DNA of 64,000 nt, taken from NCBI GenBank assembly GCA_973895155.1, contig OZ316895.1:16658170-16722169 (forward strand). Direction: 5' to 3'. Origin of the DNA: Marsupella aquatica (Eukaryota > Plantae > Marchantiophyta). The notes under the pieces are model-generated. The model saw nothing but the letters and a program-made list of their open reading frames with translations. It did not search any database and was not told the DNA's origin. A program made the translations under genes and the position numbers. This document shows, one piece after another, positions 43,301 to 55,409 of the stretch (positions are counted from its first letter, which is position 1; every line of letters starts with the position of its first letter).

Positions 43301-43521
43301 ACCTTATCCCGACACCGATTTGAACCATACCTCGCGACAGTCCACCATACCTCGCGACAGTCGGCAGGAGGAGAGGAGAGCAGACCGTTTACGTGTCGGA
43401 GCGCGAGCACAATTTGGAAGGGAGCAGCGCGAACACCATTTGGACAGTCGGCAGTTGGCAGGAGGCGCGCTAGCACAATTTGGGGTTTATGGTTGAAATT
43501 GAAGGTCGACATTGCTGCTGA

Positions 43522-44722
43522 ATGACGTCGAGGTAAAGCAGTCATTTCTTCGTACGTGAAGTCTTCTTGACCTCATCGCAAATAGGATTGTGAAGGTGGG
43601 CAGTGCACATACGATTTACAGCACGATTGTCCATAGTGAGCATCGTGGAGCACGGATTGTCCATTGCAGCTGGTCGTCGACGTTGGTGCAGAGTCGCACC
43701 TGGGAGTCGTTGCTGCGTAGCAGAGTTGCTTCTGGCCTCGGCGTTGGACAAGCTGAAGTAGTGGGGCCTGCACAAAGTCTTTTCGACCTGGTAGCAATGA
43801 ATGTACGAATAGTGTGGAGGTGGAGTTTGCAAGTCAGCTTTGGATCTCGGAATCGGATCCGGAAGCAAGATCAGCCTCTGCAATTGTGATTTGATATTCA
43901 CTGCTACCGTGACAAAAATTGAGTGAGTAGTCTTTCATCATCCCACTACAATTCTATTTACACAATTTTTGAAATGAGAATGAGGCAACAATTTCATGTA
44001 TGTTTTCGTACATTTGCAGGGCAGAGGATCCATTTTGTCAGGATGGTGCCATACACATCGTTAGCTGAAGTCGAAGATTGTAGGGTGAATGGACATTCAA
44101 TTGTTCAAGGCCCTGCATTAGCTTACGTAGGCAACTTCGTTGCTGCAAATCCTTACCCTCGTAAATTTTTGTACATGTCCTGCCTAGCACTGATGCCAAC
44201 AGGACGACTGTGTGGGAAGTCATTAGAGTTTGGTCAGAATTGCGAGCATTCATCCTTGCCTGGAAAACCTAAATTCAGATTTCAGCTGGTTTTCTTTGAT
44301 GCTGTTTACGGAGGGGTTCCCCCTATCTGTGCTAAAATATGGGATGCAGGAGGTGTCTTCTTCGATTGCTCTCCATCTGAGTTTTTGAGTTGTTCAGAAT
44401 CTGAGCAGCTTGCCTATTAACTCAAGTATCACATGTGGTTGAGGTTCTCTTCAGAATCGTTGATCATGAAATCCATGTGAAGAGGATTACCTTTGTGGAT
44501 GCCACACCCAGAGTGCCCAAGCCACTCCCTCTGCATTTAGCTAGGAGTCAAAGACCAAGTGAACATGTTCAACATGCTGGCCAATGTAGTCCTGGCGAAA
44601 GTAGTTTCAGGCCCTCAGCTGAAAATGTCAACCCAAAACAGAGGCCAAATTTTTCTGGAAAAGCCATGGCTAAACTTATTAGAAGGCTGCAGGATGAGCT
44701 CAATCTAGATGAAGAAAGCTGA
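43522..44722 (+). CDS. Putative third spliced gene inside the transposon, unknown product
   Basis: ATGACGTCGAG|gtaaag (43522-43532) splices in phase to tttacag|C ACG ATT GTC (43622). Further open frames lie at 44020-44420 and about 44409-44722, ending ...MAKLIRRLQDELNLDEES*. The middle junctions are not cleanly resolved. Confidence 0.35.
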
Positions 44723-44887
44723 TTTATTCTTTTACCGGTCCTATCCTGAAAGAATAGCATGTATGCTCCATTGCTAAATATAATCACTTGTTGGTGTACG
44801 TCTTGTTCGACTCAATTTGATTTCTTGTATACTTGCATTGTTCAGTTTCCTCACTGCATCATGTTTATTGCAAATCTAGGGTTCACC

Positions 44888-46405
44888 ATGCCACGTGTTT
44901 CAGACAGACAGAGGGTGTTGAGCGAAGTGAAGGAGGAACTCTACCTGTCCATTCTGATGGAAAGCTCAAGTATTGATAGTGTTGAGTCCATTAGCAACTC
45001 AACCTCTTCAACAATGGACCTCTGTAGCGATGCACAGCTTATTGTCAGTCAATCAGACCTCGAATATGAATCTGATAGTGATAGTGGGGTTGGAGGTGAC
45101 CCATTTGATTGTGTGCCAAAGCCTGCTGAAATCATGGAATTGTATTTTGTCATGGACAATACTCGGTATTTTGTGGATAAGCCTATGACTGCTAAGTCCA
45201 GGGACTTTGCTGAGAATTTTTTTGAAAATCTCCCACATAAGTTGTTCAGGCAAATGACACGCATGGACAAAGATTCTTTCTTTACACTAGTGAGTATGAT
45301 TGAATCACACCAGGTCTTTATGAATGATTCTCCTTACGAGCAGGCTCCAGTTTGCTTGCAGTTGGCAGTCACCTTGGACAGGCTTGGCCATGATGGCAAT
45401 GGGGCTTGCTTGAATCATATGATTCCCACTTGGGGTGTTAGTAATGGCTCGTTGTGCAATTTCATTGCACGATGCTTCACGGCTTTGGAGGATGCTTTGG
45501 TTGTACATTTGCAGTGGCCAGATGAAGCAGAACGAGCACGAATATCAGATGAGTTTGCACACAAAGGATTTCCCGGGTGTGTTGGCCTCATCGATGGCAC
45601 ACTTATTCCACTCTCTCAACGCCCAAAGGATTCGGGAGAATGTTATTTCGACACAAAGAGCAGATACTCAATCAATGCTCAAGTTATTTGTGATGATAAA
45701 CACAAGATCTTGTACCTGTATACTGGTATGTACACTGCCTATCTTTTGCAATCTGGTTTGTATTTACATGAGCAAAGTGACAATTGCATATTAATACGTA
45801 CCCAAAATCTGTCTCTTGATTGATGTAGTGGTTGCTGGTGATCAGGAATGCCTGGTTCAGTGTCTGATCTCACTTTCTTGAAAAGAAGCAAGCTATGGAG
45901 AAGATGCAGTGAGAATGAACAGAACTTGTTTCAGCAGGGGCAATACTTGTTGGGCGATTATGGGTATCAAGCATCCGAGTATTTTGTTGCTGCCTTTAAG
46001 AAATATGACACATCTGTGGATAAGGAGGATTTCAATTACTGTGTGGCAAAAGCTAGAGTTACAAACGAGCATTGCATAGGTGTTTTAAAGTCTCGTTGGT
46101 TTTCTCTCAAAGAAATCAGAATTCAATTGAAAACCACCAAGGAACACTTGTGGATGGTGAGGTGGATAGGCATTTGTGCACGGTTGCACAACTATGTGCT
46201 TAGCAGGAATGATATATGGAGTGAGGAGGATGAAGTGATTATACTTGAAGGGTCTGAGGTTGCTGAAGAAGAAGGGCCTCAACAACAGACCTTCAATCGC
46301 AGACGTCCAGCCCCTAATCCAAGTGCTCGACTTCAGGCTGTCATGGCAACTGCCTTGGCATTTCATAGACAGCCAAGGGGTTGTCTGTGGTCTGGTGCTG
46401 CATAG
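44888..46405 (+). CDS. Harbinger-type DDE transposase (HARBI1/DDE_Tnp_4-like), 2 exons, ~465 aa
   Basis: Exons 44888-45725 and 45846-46405 join in frame (YT G|GA MPGSVSD). Motifs: FRQMTRMDKDSF, QLAVTLDRLG (HTH region), GFPGCVGLIDGTLIP, YSINAQVICD, YLLGDYGY, FNYCVAKARVTNEHCIGVLKSRW, CARLHNY. Confidence 0.93.
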
Positions 46406-46823
46406 GATTTCAGTTTGACTTACCATGTACACTTGTGTTCAACATTTGAACACGTTATAATAAAGTGTTGGTTTTCTATATAAAAAGTTCATGGAATTCT
46501 CTCTTGTCATCATTGATGTAGCATCTTATGTTTGAAAACGAGTCATGAGGATATCTGTCCGAAAGCAAATGAGGTAAGTTGATTCAGACGGTAAGAGACT
46601 AGAATTACAGAATATAGATCGGAGCAAATCATTGAGTTTCATAACAAATGAAGTCAATTTCCTTCAATTATACATTTTAGGCAGATGTATGTTTGCACAA
46701 AGCTACGGTTACAAGTGGCACAACAAACCTTTGAATGTTGCTACAAAAGTTCTAAACGTCACCAATCCCTAAAAGTAAACATCTGCACACCTAAGCACTC
46801 ATCTCCCGCTGCATGCGAGTACA

Positions 46824-48200
46824 CTAATCTTCAACAAGAGCCATGAGAGCTTTAATCTGTTCATCAGTTTTGTTACTTCTGCATAACTCAATCAACATCT
46901 GAGACCTTCTCTCTGCTCTAGACATCTGCCATTGGTGGTAGCGATCTTGGCAGGCCTTTTTCTCAGCATTAGCAGCACTTGCATTCTCCAACTGCAATTG
47001 ATGCTTCCGCATTAACCTATCTCGCTTTGCTGCTTCTTGAGACGAAGAAATTCGAGCTTGCTTCTTTTCGTCAAGCTCAACCATCTTCCACTTCTCCCGA
47101 GTTTGGAGGAGCTCCTTTTTGTAGTCAGCCTTCTGCAACAGCCTCTCAGCATAAATTTGTGCAACATTGGGCTTCGGAGGTGTAGGCTGCTTATCGTCAC
47201 CTGTCTTTGCACGTGTCTTCTTAGGTGGCTGGTTCTCCTTGTTAGCCATTCCTGCACCTGCTTGCCTGGGAGTGGGTCGATTTCCCACAGGTGTGACAGG
47301 TGGTGTTGTTGTGTGTGCTGGAATTCTCCCAAAAGAACCACTAAAATTGTCCCTGGATGGAGCATCGGGAGAATTTTGCCCATTCATAGGGGCCTGTGGA
47401 TTGTGAGCTCTTGAGGGAAAATTCGTCGCTGAATCATGGGCAAGGTGTTCTGTGGAAATGCCAATGAGGTCGTCCTCCCAGAATTCAGGTGAATTGAATT
47501 CTACTCCATCCTCGACACCTGCCGGTCCTTCTACATTGAATAAAACATAACTATGTGTGAGCAATATAATTATGATTGAATCAGGCTATTTCAATCGAAA
47601 AAAACACCATAGTAATTGCGAAACTACCATAGACATCGTACCAGTGAGGATGATTGCGGGCGAGTGAGGAACAGCTGCAGCATCTGGCGGGTTAGATCCA
47701 TCTTCATGTGGATCAAAACTTGTGAATTCGTCCTCGTCTATCCCAAAATCTCCAGTACCTCGAGGTGCTACATTAGGCCGGCTTCCGAACAGAGCATGCA
47801 TCCTCTCGAAATGAGGACACATCCTCTCTAGCTTGTCCTCCAGAGTCAGGCCAGACACAAAATCATCCTCTGTTAGTCCACCCCCACTCGACATTTTCAA
47901 TTCACGAGCCTCTTTGTACTTGGCAACATACCTTGCAAATCTTTTGCTGAGATTAGGCCCGCTGATGTTCCTTGGGAAGTTATGTGCCTGCAAGACAACA
48001 AGCATTTGTTTGAAAACGGTAGCCCTGCTCATGGGACGGCCCTGGATTTTTGTCTTTCCGCCACCATGGATGAGGTTGAAGTTATCTGGATTCTCCAGCC
48101 AATCAACGATCAATCCGTAGTCAGAGTACTTCAGCCTGAATTTCTCCCCACCTCCAGCGCCACTCATGCCAGCACCGCTTGCAACATTCCTCGGAGCCAT
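46824..48200 (-). CDS. Transposon ORF2, Myb/SANT-like DNA-binding partner protein, 2 exons, ~421 aa
   Basis: Exons 48200-47642 and 47530-46824 join in frame at GT-AG sites. The N-terminal domain (LIVDWLENPDNFNLIHGGG...YVAKYKEARELKMSSGGGLT...LERMCPHFERMHALFGSRPNV) and the basic coiled-coil C-terminus fit PHIS second ORFs. Confidence 0.8.
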
Positions 48201-49375
48201 GTCTGTGTGGAGAAGTTTGCTAGTGACAGCAACTCTGGGGAGTTCAGAATCGACGTTGGTTGTCGCTGCACTGAGAGAAGTAGAACTGATTTTGGGGAGA
48301 TTAGTAGCAACTTCACTTGTCCATACACAGGGAGCGAAAGAATCAAGATTGGCTACCGACTGTCCTTTGAATTCACACTTCACCGTTTTTGGCAGAATGA
48401 GCAATGGGATGCCAATCTGCACAATCCTCTTATCAGTTCATCGCGCACCTGAGCCTCCTCTCCATGTTTGAATTTTGTGGGCGCCATGTTCAGGACCTCG
48501 TGATTCGATAAGTGGCATAAACGACACAACAATTATGCCCAGAATACGAATTCAAACGCCGACAATCTCTCGCGATCGAGCTATCGTGGACACTTTCCTG
48601 CCTTGCCATCGCGGACGTTTTGGAGCATGAGCGCCAGCTTTGAGTAGGCCGCTTCCCGCAACAGGTGCCTCATGGGACGGATCAAACCCCGGCTCCCCTC
48701 TCTGGTCCAAACCCGTTTAATGTGGCCGTAACTGGAGTTAAGGCCATATGTGGTTTCCCGAAACTTTTGGGACGGCCGCAGGTCTGAGATGCCCTATTAG
48801 GCTATTATTGGTGCAACAACAACAACCAAAACAAAATGGCGTCCAATGCAAAAATGCGACATTCCAAAACTAATACGAACAGTAGGCTGGAAAAATATGA
48901 GCATCATTTTGAGAAATGGAGAACAAATTAACTTTTAGACACTAAAGTCTGAAAACTTTATGTGATGTGAAATGCTGTTGAAATCGGCCTTGAACACATG
49001 TTTTGGATAGGTGTTGGAGAAATACCCAAAATAGTAGTTGGCTGGGAAAACTTTTAATGGCCACAGCCAACAGTATGGGAGCAAGTTTAAATAATTTCCC
49101 ATGTTCAAGGATTGAGAACCAAGTTACCACTATGTTAGGGGTTGGCCCACCTTTTCCTGGGATGTGCTACTCTTGAATGTTTGACCTCAGAAACAATGTT
49201 CACAAAAGAGGGGTGGGCTGGGCACAGCTTTGAAGTGTGGGATTTGAGGCAGCGCAAGTGAGGTGTAGTTGGGCCATGGCCAGTGACCAAAGCTATGACA
49301 CAACTCACAGTCCAGTCTGGCCTCATTGGCCTGGCTCAATGCAGAGATTGAAGGGCAAAGTCTGGAAAGCCTCTT

Positions 49376-49611
49376 CGCCTTGACCTCCCAATTGGCTAAG
49401 GGATTTGCTTAGAACCGAGAGGGGTCAGGTTCAATTCCCCCTGGTGTGTGTGGGTGGGATGGGTTTTGTGGGTAGTGGATTGGAGTTCTGATTATCTGCT
49501 CGGCCCTTGGTTGCCCACTTTGTGTCCCTAATATAATACTCTCTCCTTCCTGGTGCGGTTCCCTGTCGGATCCGTTGGGGCTCACCCTAGTTTGGGTTCC
49601 CTACAGAAAAA
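49376..49611 (+). mobile_element. tRNA-derived SINE-like repeat (copy 2)
   Basis: caattggctaaggga...cttagaaccgagaggggtcaGGTTCAATTCCcc (box B-like). The body (ctctctccttcctggt...ccctgtcggatcc) matches the reverse complement of 24853-25098 and ends in an A-run. Confidence 0.65.
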
Positions 49612-51344
49612 GTGTCACATTGGTGAATAAGCCTTGCCCAGCTGACATGTGGCAGCACCATAAATCCCTGAAGTCTTCTTCCTGGCAATTTAGGACATTT
49701 AAGGGCCGAAAATATAGTGGCCGGTTACATGTGACAGCCCTCAAAGTCTGAGCCTCTGAGGGGAACTTTTTGCTGACAGCCGCCAGCCCCACAGTCAAAG
49801 AGGGGAAGTAAAATTCCTCGAACCCTTCATCTGAACCGTCAGAAGCAAACGTTGACGGCTGTAGTTTCTTTCTCCGTTCACGATAAGAGAAATTGACCCT
49901 GGAGCCATTTTTTTAACGCGACTTGAATTTCCAGGTCAGCCCTTTGGACTCGCGCTCACTGGATTGGCTTAGCCAGTCTCATCCAGGTTACCATAATATT
50001 CTGGATAACGAGCAACGAACTCTCTCAGCTCCATCTCAACCGCCCATCGGAACTAGTTGACGGTTCAAAACGTTCCGAAATCTCCGGCACGCAGAAAAAT
50101 AATGTCTGACAACTACTGGCAAGGTACATTTGGTGTTTTGATGATTTGACCAGGTGGAATGTTTGTTTATATACAATTTCATTTCACATTACGAAACTAA
50201 TCATGTGTGAGGAATTTGATTAGTTTTAATCAATTTTTAAAGTATCACACTACAAGATTAGTCAGGGGTAAGGATTCTGATTAGCGTTAATCAAGGGTAC
50301 TAGAGTCCCGTGTGGAGTCAAGTTCGAAGCTCGAGAGAGCAAAAGCTATGGCGGACTTTGTGGAATGGAGGCTACCACGAGAGCGCGAGCGCACGAGGAG
50401 GAGATCTTGAGGACCGAGACCACGAGAGGATTCAACACGAGGGGCAAGCTGCCAGTTCGTTGGCGGACGAGAAATTGTATTTCTGTTCATGCACAGAACG
50501 GGCGGTGTGCCGCTGAGCGTAGAGCCCATGAGGAGCTGTTCGAAATGCGCAGCAAGCCCTTCCGGCTCGGGTGACTGGTCGATGCTGATGCGGATGTAGA
50601 AAACTAAATTAAAAATAATCGGGCGGAAAGTAGATACGGAGGTGTCGTGATGATGGCTCTGCAACTCCAGAGAAGCGGGGCGTGGAGCCACGACGCATTG
50701 CAAGTGGTGTTCAAGCCGCCCTGGAGGAGAAACACTGAGGTGTGCATTTTTTTCGATGGGGCTCAGTTTCTGTATTTCGACTCGCCGATTGGGTGCTTCT
50801 GAACTCGATGGAAACTTGGAATATTATGGCGTCTTCAACTCAAGTTTTCTGTGAAATTTCCTCTGAAATGACGATAACGAAAGGAGAAACTCTCGTACAA
50901 TTTGCTAGGCATGTGGAATCGTGTTGTCGGACACATGATCTCTGTTGTTTTCTTTCCCACAGTAGCATTGTCAGTAGCAGGTCAAGGCGAGTTGGGTCCT
51001 CCTCATCCGGCTCCCCTTTGTTCGCACGAGCACAATCTGAAGTGAATTTCCCGGAGCTTAATTTGGTCGGCTCCACGTCTTTGTCTGAGCACAAATGATT
51101 CCATTGAGCGTGAGGATTGCTACCTCCGTGCTATACAGTTTTAGATTACAGCCCACAAATGCTAACATAGTGAAAGAAAGAGTTGGATGGACCAATAGCT
51201 GGACCAAGTATGAGCTGCTAATGTGTGAGTTTTTATTCATGTTACTGACAAGGTTTGCAACGTGTGATATTCGGGGGCCATTCCTTGTGATGATGACAGC
51301 CTGCACATAAAAGACACCCGAGAGCCCAATCCACTGACAAAAGT

Positions 51345-53895
51345 TTGAGAGTGAGTTCGATCGATGATGAGTCGGCAAATGGGAGCAATAGTAAATTGGC
51401 ATCGGCAGCAGATCGGTGGGAGGGAGTTTCGCCCTGGAATTTCGTTGCTTCACCTCGATATTCTTCTCTGGTGAAGCTGAGTAGGCGAGGGCGTCACGAA
51501 GCGAGGATGCGGACGAAAGACAGAGTGTTCATGTCGATCTCAGATTGGGTGTTCCGACGAGTGCAGGACCCACTGGTTGAAATTGATCCTTTGACTGTGA
51601 ATGAGGCCATCTTGGCCGAGAAACAAGCAGACGAGAATGAAGCAGACTCAACATCAACTGTCCCAACCACGACGAGTCCCTCATGGTTTGGTTATCTTCC
51701 TCCGGGCTTTCCAAAGGGTGCGGATAAGGCAGCTGTAGCCGCTGCAGTAGTCTTACTCTTTGCGGCTCTTGTCACTTGGGCAATTCTAGCGTTGCGAGGA
51801 AAGAAAAATTCAGGTTCTGTTCCAGTTGTGGCCTCAGGACAAGACGCAAATGGATCGGCCACAAATGGGGGTGCGAGACAGGAAATGGAGGGTGATAGGT
51901 CACTAGGTTGGCAAGAGCCCTCAGTGAGCGACCAGGCAGTGAGGAAACCGCCGGCTCCCATTGTAACATCGTCCTCTGAAAGCCAGACCGCTGCGATAGT
52001 ACCCATCCCTCAATATACTACTGCTCTTGTCCCGTCAGACCTTCCCTTACCTCCAAATTTAGAAGCCAACACGAAGGAACAGAAGATTGATTCTCCTCCA
52101 AGTGGAGAAATTGGCAGCAGCCCAGACGACGAACTTGTGGTACCTCCCCTGACCCTCCAGAGTGATAGTGTGGCTGATGCAGGTGATCATCACGCCCCAC
52201 CTGTAGAAGCCCATGAAATGGCTGCAATTGATGAAGAGATCATCAGCACCAATGGGGTAGTGAAAGGGGATAGCCCGCTTGAAGAAGTCGCTGCTGAGCT
52301 TGAATCTTTCGCCGATGAGGAAATAGCCGCCTCTCCTTTGCTGGAAGAGCTTGCAACAGTGGCAACTGGAAGTCAAGAAGAGTTAGGTCCCGGATCCATC
52401 TCTGAGCCTGTTGTCTCTGGAAGGCTTCCTTCTGCATCACAATCACTTGAACAAATATCTGTCGACGAGGAATACATGCTTATTGGGGAGTCACATTTAT
52501 TATCATCCATAGGGGCCCTTCCCGCCCCAGCTGAGCCGATTGCGGCACTTCCAGCTAAAGCTGATGTCGGAGTTCCAGTGGATTCAATTCTATATGATAA
52601 CTCCGCTGCTGACCCGATTGGGGCACTTCCGGCTGAAGCTGATGTCGGAGTTTCTGTGGATTCAATTCTAGATAACAACTCCGCTGCTGCTCAACCTCCC
52701 TCTGACAAGCTATCTTCTGAAAAGATTGATGAAATCCTCACTTCAGTTCAGGAAGAAAACCCAGCAGCTGTTTCCACTCCACTGAAGGAATTTCAAGTTG
52801 GTTCTGATGCAGGAGTAAGTTATTTGTATTCCGCATTGAAACGTGACTTTCAGAGAAGTCTTTCAACTGCAAGGGCTGTGATTTCCGTTCTCAATTCTGT
52901 AGGTGGAGACATGGTCGGATAGTGGGAAGAACTGGAGATAAATTGAGTTACACGCTCCATCTATGTATTTATGGGACTTACTGGAGATGGATTCTCGCTC
53001 AACATAGCAAACTGTCAAGGTTATGCTTGAAATTACCGGGAGATCCTTTCTGAGGAGCAATGCACAAAGTGCAATCCAGCAAGACTACTAACTTTATCTG
53101 AGTGCATTCTCACTTTATGTACTCCTGCTGCAGGTTGTCGAAGAGAGGCGTAAGGAATATGCACAAGCTTTAGAGAAAGTACTCCCAGCCGTGTCAGTTG
53201 GGGCTGGTGTAGCAGCTTTCAGCTCTTTCTCTGGAGGTAGAACTCTGTGACAGTGCCTTCTCATTTGTTATTAGTTTTTGAAGCTGCAAATAGATCTCCT
53301 ATCGGAGAACCTAGCTAGTCTGTAACTTTTTCCTTTCCCAGATAGTAAATTTTTGATGTTATCATCATCTGTCTCACGGAATGCCAGGTCCTTCCAAAAC
53401 AGTTCCCTCCTCTCCCCTATATCTCCGAACGGGGACTGTTTTTCCTCGTCTTGGAATTTGTATGAAGAGCCTAGACTTATATTTGCAATTAATGAGATTG
53501 AATTCTTATTCTCTTAATGTGAAAATGTCATCCCGTACGTTCAGTCGATGGAGCGCTTCAGGTTGTGGGCGCTCTTGCTGCTGTAAGCTTCGTAAAGGAG
53601 TATATATGGGCACGTCCAAGGTGTGAACTTATGACCCAATTATTCAATATTGTAGTGCATTGTTGAGACCATTCCAAGCTAATTTACGCGCAGTATCCAC
53701 ATAGGCAACTTCAAAACAGAGTAGAACACTGAAGGCGTTGTTTCTACAACGAGGGTCATCATGACGCTAAAGTTCAAATCTTCCGTCACATGCAGACAAC
53801 AACTCCTTGATGAAATTAGCAACATCAAGAGTCACCAGCAGCTCATGCAATTCCTGAAGGACAAGGATATTCTTCCACGATCATGGAGCCACTAA
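51345..53895 (+). CDS. Uncharacterised membrane protein: long acidic/Pro-rich linker between TM segments, C-terminus reminiscent of TROL
   Basis: A large open exon (about 51345-52814) contains TM AAVAAAVVLLFAALVTWAILALRG. Downstream GT-AG exons give VVEERRKEYAQALEKVLPAVSVGAGVAAFSLFSG|VDGALQVVGALAAVSFVKEYIWARPR|QQLLDEISNIK...WSH* (stop 53893-53895). The true start is probably in upstream exons (about 50350-51200) and is unresolved. Confidence 0.7.
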
Positions 53896-55409
53896 GGCAA
53901 GCCTCATAAATGACCACGATAATCTATTTGTTCTTGCGCCCACTTGAGTGTGGGAGAAAGATTATTTTCTTCGTCACGGTTTTGACCAATAGCTTGTAGA
54001 TATATGTAACGATGTTTTATCCAAGTATCCCAGTTGACGGAGTGTCTGACTTCTTTTCATTGTTTACTAAGGAAACGGTTCAGGCCAACGTTTCCATGGT
54101 TCGTATATTGAGATGCAGCTTTTCCTGTAGACCATGGCTACTATTCTGTAGAAGAGTTTTTGTTTTTGCCAGAGGTTCAATTACTTGTTAGACGTGTCAT
54201 ATTGGACCTACTATTGTGAGTGATCTCGTAGTGAGTGCATTTATCAATCCTTTCTACCCATTGTACAAGCTTTGAATTTGGATGTCTTGAAATCTTTAAG
54301 GAGTGCAATTATCTGACAGGTGCCTGAGAAGTCCTTCCATCGTTGATTGTTCTACTTGTAACGAATTGCTTTCTGGTTGGCGTGTTGCACTTGTGCGGAG
54401 TCTGTAAATGAACCTGGTTAACTGAAATTATGGCACTCGAGCGTTTTAACTATGGAAGACGTGATCATGGAAACTAGTGTGTTCATGACCACTGCTCTTT
54501 GAGATTAGCAGAAGCAGTAAGGGCTCAGGCTATCCCCGATTTGTTTGCATTAAAACACCAAACGGGTGTGTATATCTACAGGCTTGCTTATTATTTCTAT
54601 AAAATTCTATACCCTGTATTCTTTGGAATGTACATGAAAGCATTGTGAATGTCCTTAGACGTGCCTCCGTCGCAGCGCAAATGCAAATGTTGTTTCCTCT
54701 CAAAACTGAAGATATTCGAAAATGGATATTTTGCCTTGGCCCCTAATTGACATTTGTAAGTTTCATGCTACCAACCTGTGCCTCTAGATCTCTCTAATCT
54801 GGGATAAAGTAGTTCGAAACTTGAATGGTTCCTCAAGATTTTTTCTTTGTTTGTTAGAACTTTGACCCGTTACTAGTCTCTGATCTAATTTTATACGAAT
54901 TCGAGTGGCTGTCTTGGAAAGAGAGTACAAGTTTTGCCCAGAAATAAGGGTAATGTATCATCGGAGGTGATTGTTGGAAGATCCTTGGACGCAAAGTAGG
55001 TGAGGTGCTTACGTAGAACGCTTGAACTCCAGAAATCTTTGCCTGCATGTGCAGGTTGTAGGCGATTCCATGCACATCTAGATGGATGTTCTTCATTAAT
55101 GTTTGGAGAACTCTTCTGTTATCAAATTAAGCGCCGAACTTCCCCACCTCGATCATGGAGATATTTAAATAGAGTTAAAAAGCGGTTTGTCGATTATTGA
55201 CTTTCCAATGCAAATAATAACTACTTGAAACTAAAAGATAGGTTACAAGTTTCTGCGCTGATGTTCACATCTGTTCCTGTGTACATGTGTACATAGATCC
55301 AACTTTATGAAACACAAGGTTGGCAGGCTAGACTGTGAGGCAATGGGCATGATCATCAGTGCGTTACTCTTGTAGCTGGACACGGCCAATCCGAAGATAT
55401 TTCCAATGG

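Larger units (their letters stand above)
43130..48795. mobile_element. Full-length PIF/Harbinger (PHIS) DNA transposon, Pangu-like
   Basis: 16-bp TIRs AGGGCGTCTCAGACCT (43130-43145) and AGGTCTGAGATGCCCT (48780-48795) match at 15/16. ATT flanks both sides (43127-43129, 48796-48798). The element encloses a DDE transposase and a convergent Myb/SANT-like gene. Confidence 0.92.

Noticed and set aside
44759-44887. ORF-track N-terminal extension of the transposase (and 48201-48422 for ORF2)
   Set aside because: These extensions have UTR/intron-like composition. The ATGs at 44888 and 48200 are more plausible starts.
49385-49445. tRNA gene
   Set aside because: No complete cloverleaf or acceptor stem. 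It continues into a body shared with 24853-25098, so it is better read as a SINE head.
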